Below, piece after piece: positions 60,575-64,000 of a DNA stretch of 64,000 bases. A program made the translations under genes and the position numbers. Origin of the DNA: Podarcis erhardii. Taxonomy: Eukaryota. The notes under the pieces were generated by a model. The model had not been told where the DNA came from. It made no database searches and saw only the letters and a program-made list of their open reading frames with translations. The stretch lies in NCBI GenBank assembly GCA_964252035.1, contig OZ176208.1. The stretch is one strand, 5' to 3'. Numbering within the stretch: position 1 is the first letter of the stretch; each line of letters begins with the position of its first letter.

Positions 60575-62789
60575 CCCCCGCCTCCGGAGAAGCCGAGCGG
60601 CGGCGGCAAGCGCGACGGCGCCTCGGCCTGCACTTCCCCTCCGCGCCGCTGCGCGACTGACACGCTCGGGAAGGGGCAGGCCTGGGCCCCGTCGGTGGGC
60701 GCCGCTTTCCTCCTGAAAGCCTTTCTCTGGCAGCCCTAAGCGTGCTTACTCTGAAGTAAGCGGGGCTTACTTGCCCAGGACAAGCGTGTACAGGGAAACT
60801 GAGGAGATCCTCACCCCAAAAAACGGATGTGGGGTTGTCCCTGAGCAGCAACACCTGCACGCCAGCACTACTTTATCCGCCCCACTGAGGGTAGCTGGGA
60901 CACGCAGTAGTGTTGAAACCACAATTACAAAGTAGTTACAAAGTCAGTGCTGTAGTCAGATGCGTGCAGCCCAGAGGATTTAATGCACTCGTCTCACACA
61001 AACGCACGTGAGATGCATTCTCAATCCACTCAAACGGCTCACCTGTTTCTCAAAGGTGTGTGTATCTACTTGCAAGGTGCCCCCGTGGAAGGGACTTAAA
61101 ATAAACCAGATGCTTGAAGATTATATTTTTTATCCAGTTTTAATTAGTTGTCTTATTGCAAAAAGGGGGTGTGATATGAGGCATATGATTGGACTGTTAC
61201 TGCAAAGCACTTTTCCTTCTTAAGCAAGGTAGTTTTGTTTTGATGTACCAGCCAGGTTTCCCACTCACTACCTGGTTAGAGTGGCATTTCCTATTTCTAG
61301 GATATTAGAATGCTGTTTTTATGCCTGCTAAGTGCTCTCTGAGACTGTACAAGTGAAGCCACTGGGATCTTATCTTTTCCACCCATCTAAACACCTTAAT
61401 TTGATTCTATAGTCCCTGTGCCTTTAAACATAACCTTTACCAACCTTCCATTCTGTAAGTCCCTTTGCTTTTTTTCCTCAGTGTCTTCAGCTTGTGGTAG
61501 AGTTGGCCTAGTGAAGAGAAGTCAGCTCCTTTAATCAGCATTAGCAATTTATTTCTAAAATAAGAGGTGCTAGCTTTAAGGCCTGCCTTTATATCAGACC
61601 ATTTGTTTTGGGAGGCATCCAGGTTGATAAATTTAAGTCACTCAGTGGGGAGGGGGGGAAACAATTTGCATATACTTATACTCTATTTGCTACCACTTCA
61701 CATGTTGTTCCATGGCTCAACCCTGGCATTAAAATGGTTTGGCCTGGTGAATGAATATTGATTCAAATTAAATCATATTTATGAAAGGGACTTGCATTAA
61801 TGACTTTTGAAAACAGGTTTTCCCCCAGAACAGATTAGCTATTGATAGCTTCTTTGTAACTTTGTCCATTTACTCAAGTAATCTTGAGTAACAGATCCAG
61901 AAATACATCTCTGTATTTTGTTGTTCCTGCTGTCTTCCTGTAGTGCTTTGTAGTTTGTAGTCTGGATTGTGTGGACTTTTGTAGAGGGCTGGTTTAAAAA
62001 TTGCACACCTTTTTTTTGCTGAAGTTAGTTGTTCATAACACTCCCAGTGTTGTGTAGGTATACATGCTTATTTAAATATGTTCAAGGACTTCTACCTGAT
62101 GGTACTGCTGGATTAGAACAAAGGTTGATCCACCATCCCATCTCATGTATAAAATGCTTGTGAACAGGACCTGAGTACAACAGCACTCTCCTCTTATTCC
62201 ATGGATTACAAAAAGGATCGTGATTTATGCTTATCTTATTGCTGGCTGGCTGCAATTTAGCTGACTTGCTTTTTAAGTCAATGTTCCCAAGCAGGTGGAT
62301 TAGTTTTAATTGCAACCTGTTCTAGAACTGTATTTGCACTGAAGAATGGGTAATAAATGTTTTACATTAATGGGGCTACAAACCTAAACCTGTTCACTCA
62401 GAACAAAGCCCCACCAAACTCAATGGTGCTTACGTGAAGTTAGGTACAGCTAGGACTGCAACCTTACCCATTAATTAAAAATAACTACTGTAGTTTCAAC
62501 CCTTTCCCCTCTAAAACTCAAACTCTCAGATTATTTTCCTGTTAAACCTTCACCCCCCCCACGCACATTTAATCAGTGCAACTATGACAAGTCTCTACAG
62601 AATTCAGGCTTTTATGACATTCAACAATATATTGTTTAACAGATATTAAATTTGATGAGACAGTTATGCGAGCCGACGAGACCTGTAGCTAGTCTTGGGT
62701 GTGCTGTTGCTATCACTAGGACATGAAAACACCATCGAATACTATTTTGTCTTTCAAAACCGTCATTTTAAAAAATAATAATAAGGCGA

Positions 62790-63200
62790 GCGTGACAAGA
62801 AGAGTTCAGAACCGAAAACAGTAGGAGAAACGCCCGGCACAACCCTCAAAAGTCCCGCCCCGCTACACGTTGCCCAGGCTCCATTCAGCCTCCGCGACTC
62901 TTCCGGGTTGGTAGGCGAACTTCCGCCCTCAGATGAGAGGGGCGCTTTGCCGGCCAAAGAGCTTCGTTGTTACAAACGCCCGAAAGAGCGCCCCGCCCCC
63001 TGGTCTCCCCGGCCCGCCAATTGGAGCCGGGAGCTGGAAGATGACGTCGCATCGCGCGACAGCTGCAAAGATAGGTGTGTGCGGATTGCAGAGGCCGACG
63101 GTGCTGTCAACTCCGCTACCCGCTTGTGAAGTGCCGAAGCGGCTTAGGATGAGCCTGATTTAAGTATCCCGCGCCGCCTGACGGGCCTCGGAGGTGCGCT
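62790..63200 (+). promoter_or_regulatory. CpG island and promoter of SCFD2
   Basis: GC boxes at 62854-62861 and 62991-63000, CCAAT/ATTGG palindrome at 63017-63024, CRE-like TGACGTCG at 63042-63049, CpG-rich. Confidence 0.8.
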
Positions 63201-63324
63201 TCCCGCTTCAACACATAGCAAAGGGTTCTTTTCACTTTTGCCTCACTGACACCTCTTGCAGCCCCACGTCTGGAGTGGTACCCATTGAGAAGTGCCAGGG
63301 GGACTCCAGCAATCCTCTCCCACG

Positions 63325-64000
63325 ATGTCTTCCTCCTCCACCACTTCTTCCTTTCCCACAGCCCCTGCTGGGATGTCGCAGTTCTGCCAGCAAGCTTGGG
63401 GGCAGGTGTTTGCCAAGGCAAAGCGGGCTGTTGTGTTCATGGACCCTGCTTGCGCCGAAAGCCTTCACTGGACGTGCGGAGGAGCCGGGAGGTTGCTGCA
63501 GGCCGGGGCGATCAATGTCAAGGAGTTTTCCAGCTTTGAATCTGGAGGCGCAGACCAGCCCAAAGCTGTCTTTGTGGTGGGCAGCTTGCTGAAAGGCAGA
63601 ACGGTGGACATAATCCGTGACATTGTCACTCTCAGCAACTTCCAGTACTGCATGGTTTTCACAGCTGTCAGCCATGCGGTGCACTTGCAGGCCCACAATG
63701 CCCCTGGCACTACTGAGGTTGAAGGTATCGGCCGGATTGTCTTTGAACAGTTTGAAGAGAAGCTCTGCCAGTGGATGGGAAACATGAACTACACTGCAGA
63801 GGTTCAACACGCCCCTTTGTTCTTGGCACCCATCTCGCCTCATCTCTTTGTAGCACCTGCCTTCTCCTTGTTTTTCCCCTTGATGGCTGAGGATTTGACT
63901 CGGATCAATAAAGCTAGACCGGAGAAGAAGAAAATTTCCCACTTGAGTGATGTTGATTTTTCATCTCTGTCTTCAGAGTTGCAGCTTCAGATCAGGTCCT
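63325..64000 (+). CDS. SCFD2: SCFD2 (Sec1 family domain-containing 2) first coding exon, running off the window end
   Basis: In-frame TGA at 63286, then ATG 63325; MSSSSTTSSFPTAPAGMSQFCQQAWGQVFAKAKRAVVFMDPACAESLHWTCG...EKLCQWMGNMNYTAEV...; no stop before 64000, so absent from the ORF track; second ATG at 63373. Confidence 0.95.
   Translation, partial: MSSSSTTSSFPTAPAGMSQFCQQAWGQVFAKAKRAVVFMDPACAESLHWTCGGAGRLLQAGAINVKEFSSFESGGADQPKAVFVVGSLLKGRTVDIIRDIVTLSNFQYCMVFTAVSHAVHLQAHNAPGTTEVEGIGRIVFEQFEEKLCQWMGNMNYTAEVQHAPLFLAPISPHLFVAPAFSLFFPLMAEDLTRINKARPEKKKISHLSDVDFSSLSSELQLQIRS

Larger units (their letters stand above)
59900..60900. promoter_or_regulatory. CpG island and promoter of FIP1L1
   Basis: Very high GC and CpG density around exon 1, ending abruptly in AT-rich flanks; boundaries judged by eye. 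Confidence 0.85.

Noticed and set aside
59923-60860. Cluster of 70-288 aa ORFs at the FIP1L1 CpG island
   Set aside because: GC-rich DNA lacks stop codons; only 60302-60389 matches a known protein
63232-63942. 236-aa ORF on - (and overlapping 63194-63592, 63465-63785)
   Set aside because: Antisense or off-frame shadows of the SCFD2 coding exon; no independent protein signature

Overview
Vertebrate genomic DNA, most likely from a lacertid lizard (six Sauria-SINE copies of the lacertid type). The window holds the conserved LNX1-FIP1L1-SCFD2 cluster, syntenic with human 4q12. (i) The last five coding exons of LNX1 lie on + (2356-25047; end of PDZ2, PDZ3, PDZ4). (ii) The complete FIP1L1 gene lies on - (60389-26393): 18 coding exons traced by hand, all GT-AG and phase-consistent, 1773 nt = 590 aa + stop, including a 27-nt GIPITVPPP microexon. 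(iii) The start of SCFD2 lies on + (ATG 63325, open to the window end). LNX1 and FIP1L1 are tail-to-tail, with poly(A) signals about 0.65 kb apart. FIP1L1 and SCFD2 are head-to-head, each with its own CpG island. Introns carry Sauria SINEs, CR1/L2/L1/RTE fragments, Tc1-mariner and hAT MITEs (several with exact TSDs) and microsatellites. I see no prokaryotic-type system, RNA gene or novel protein-coding gene; nearly all listed short ORFs are noise or exon shadows. The best leads are all unverified inferences: a candidate intronic polyadenylation isoform of FIP1L1 lacking the RE/RD tail, several candidate poison or micro-exons in FIP1L1 (a possible autoregulatory circuit of a 3'-end processing factor), a young hAT MITE carrying TTAGGG repeats and a G-quadruplex, and a possible SCFD2 5'-UTR intron that removes a uORF. 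Exon numbers are a running count of the exons traced here. Comparisons with human genes are from memory and were not computed.
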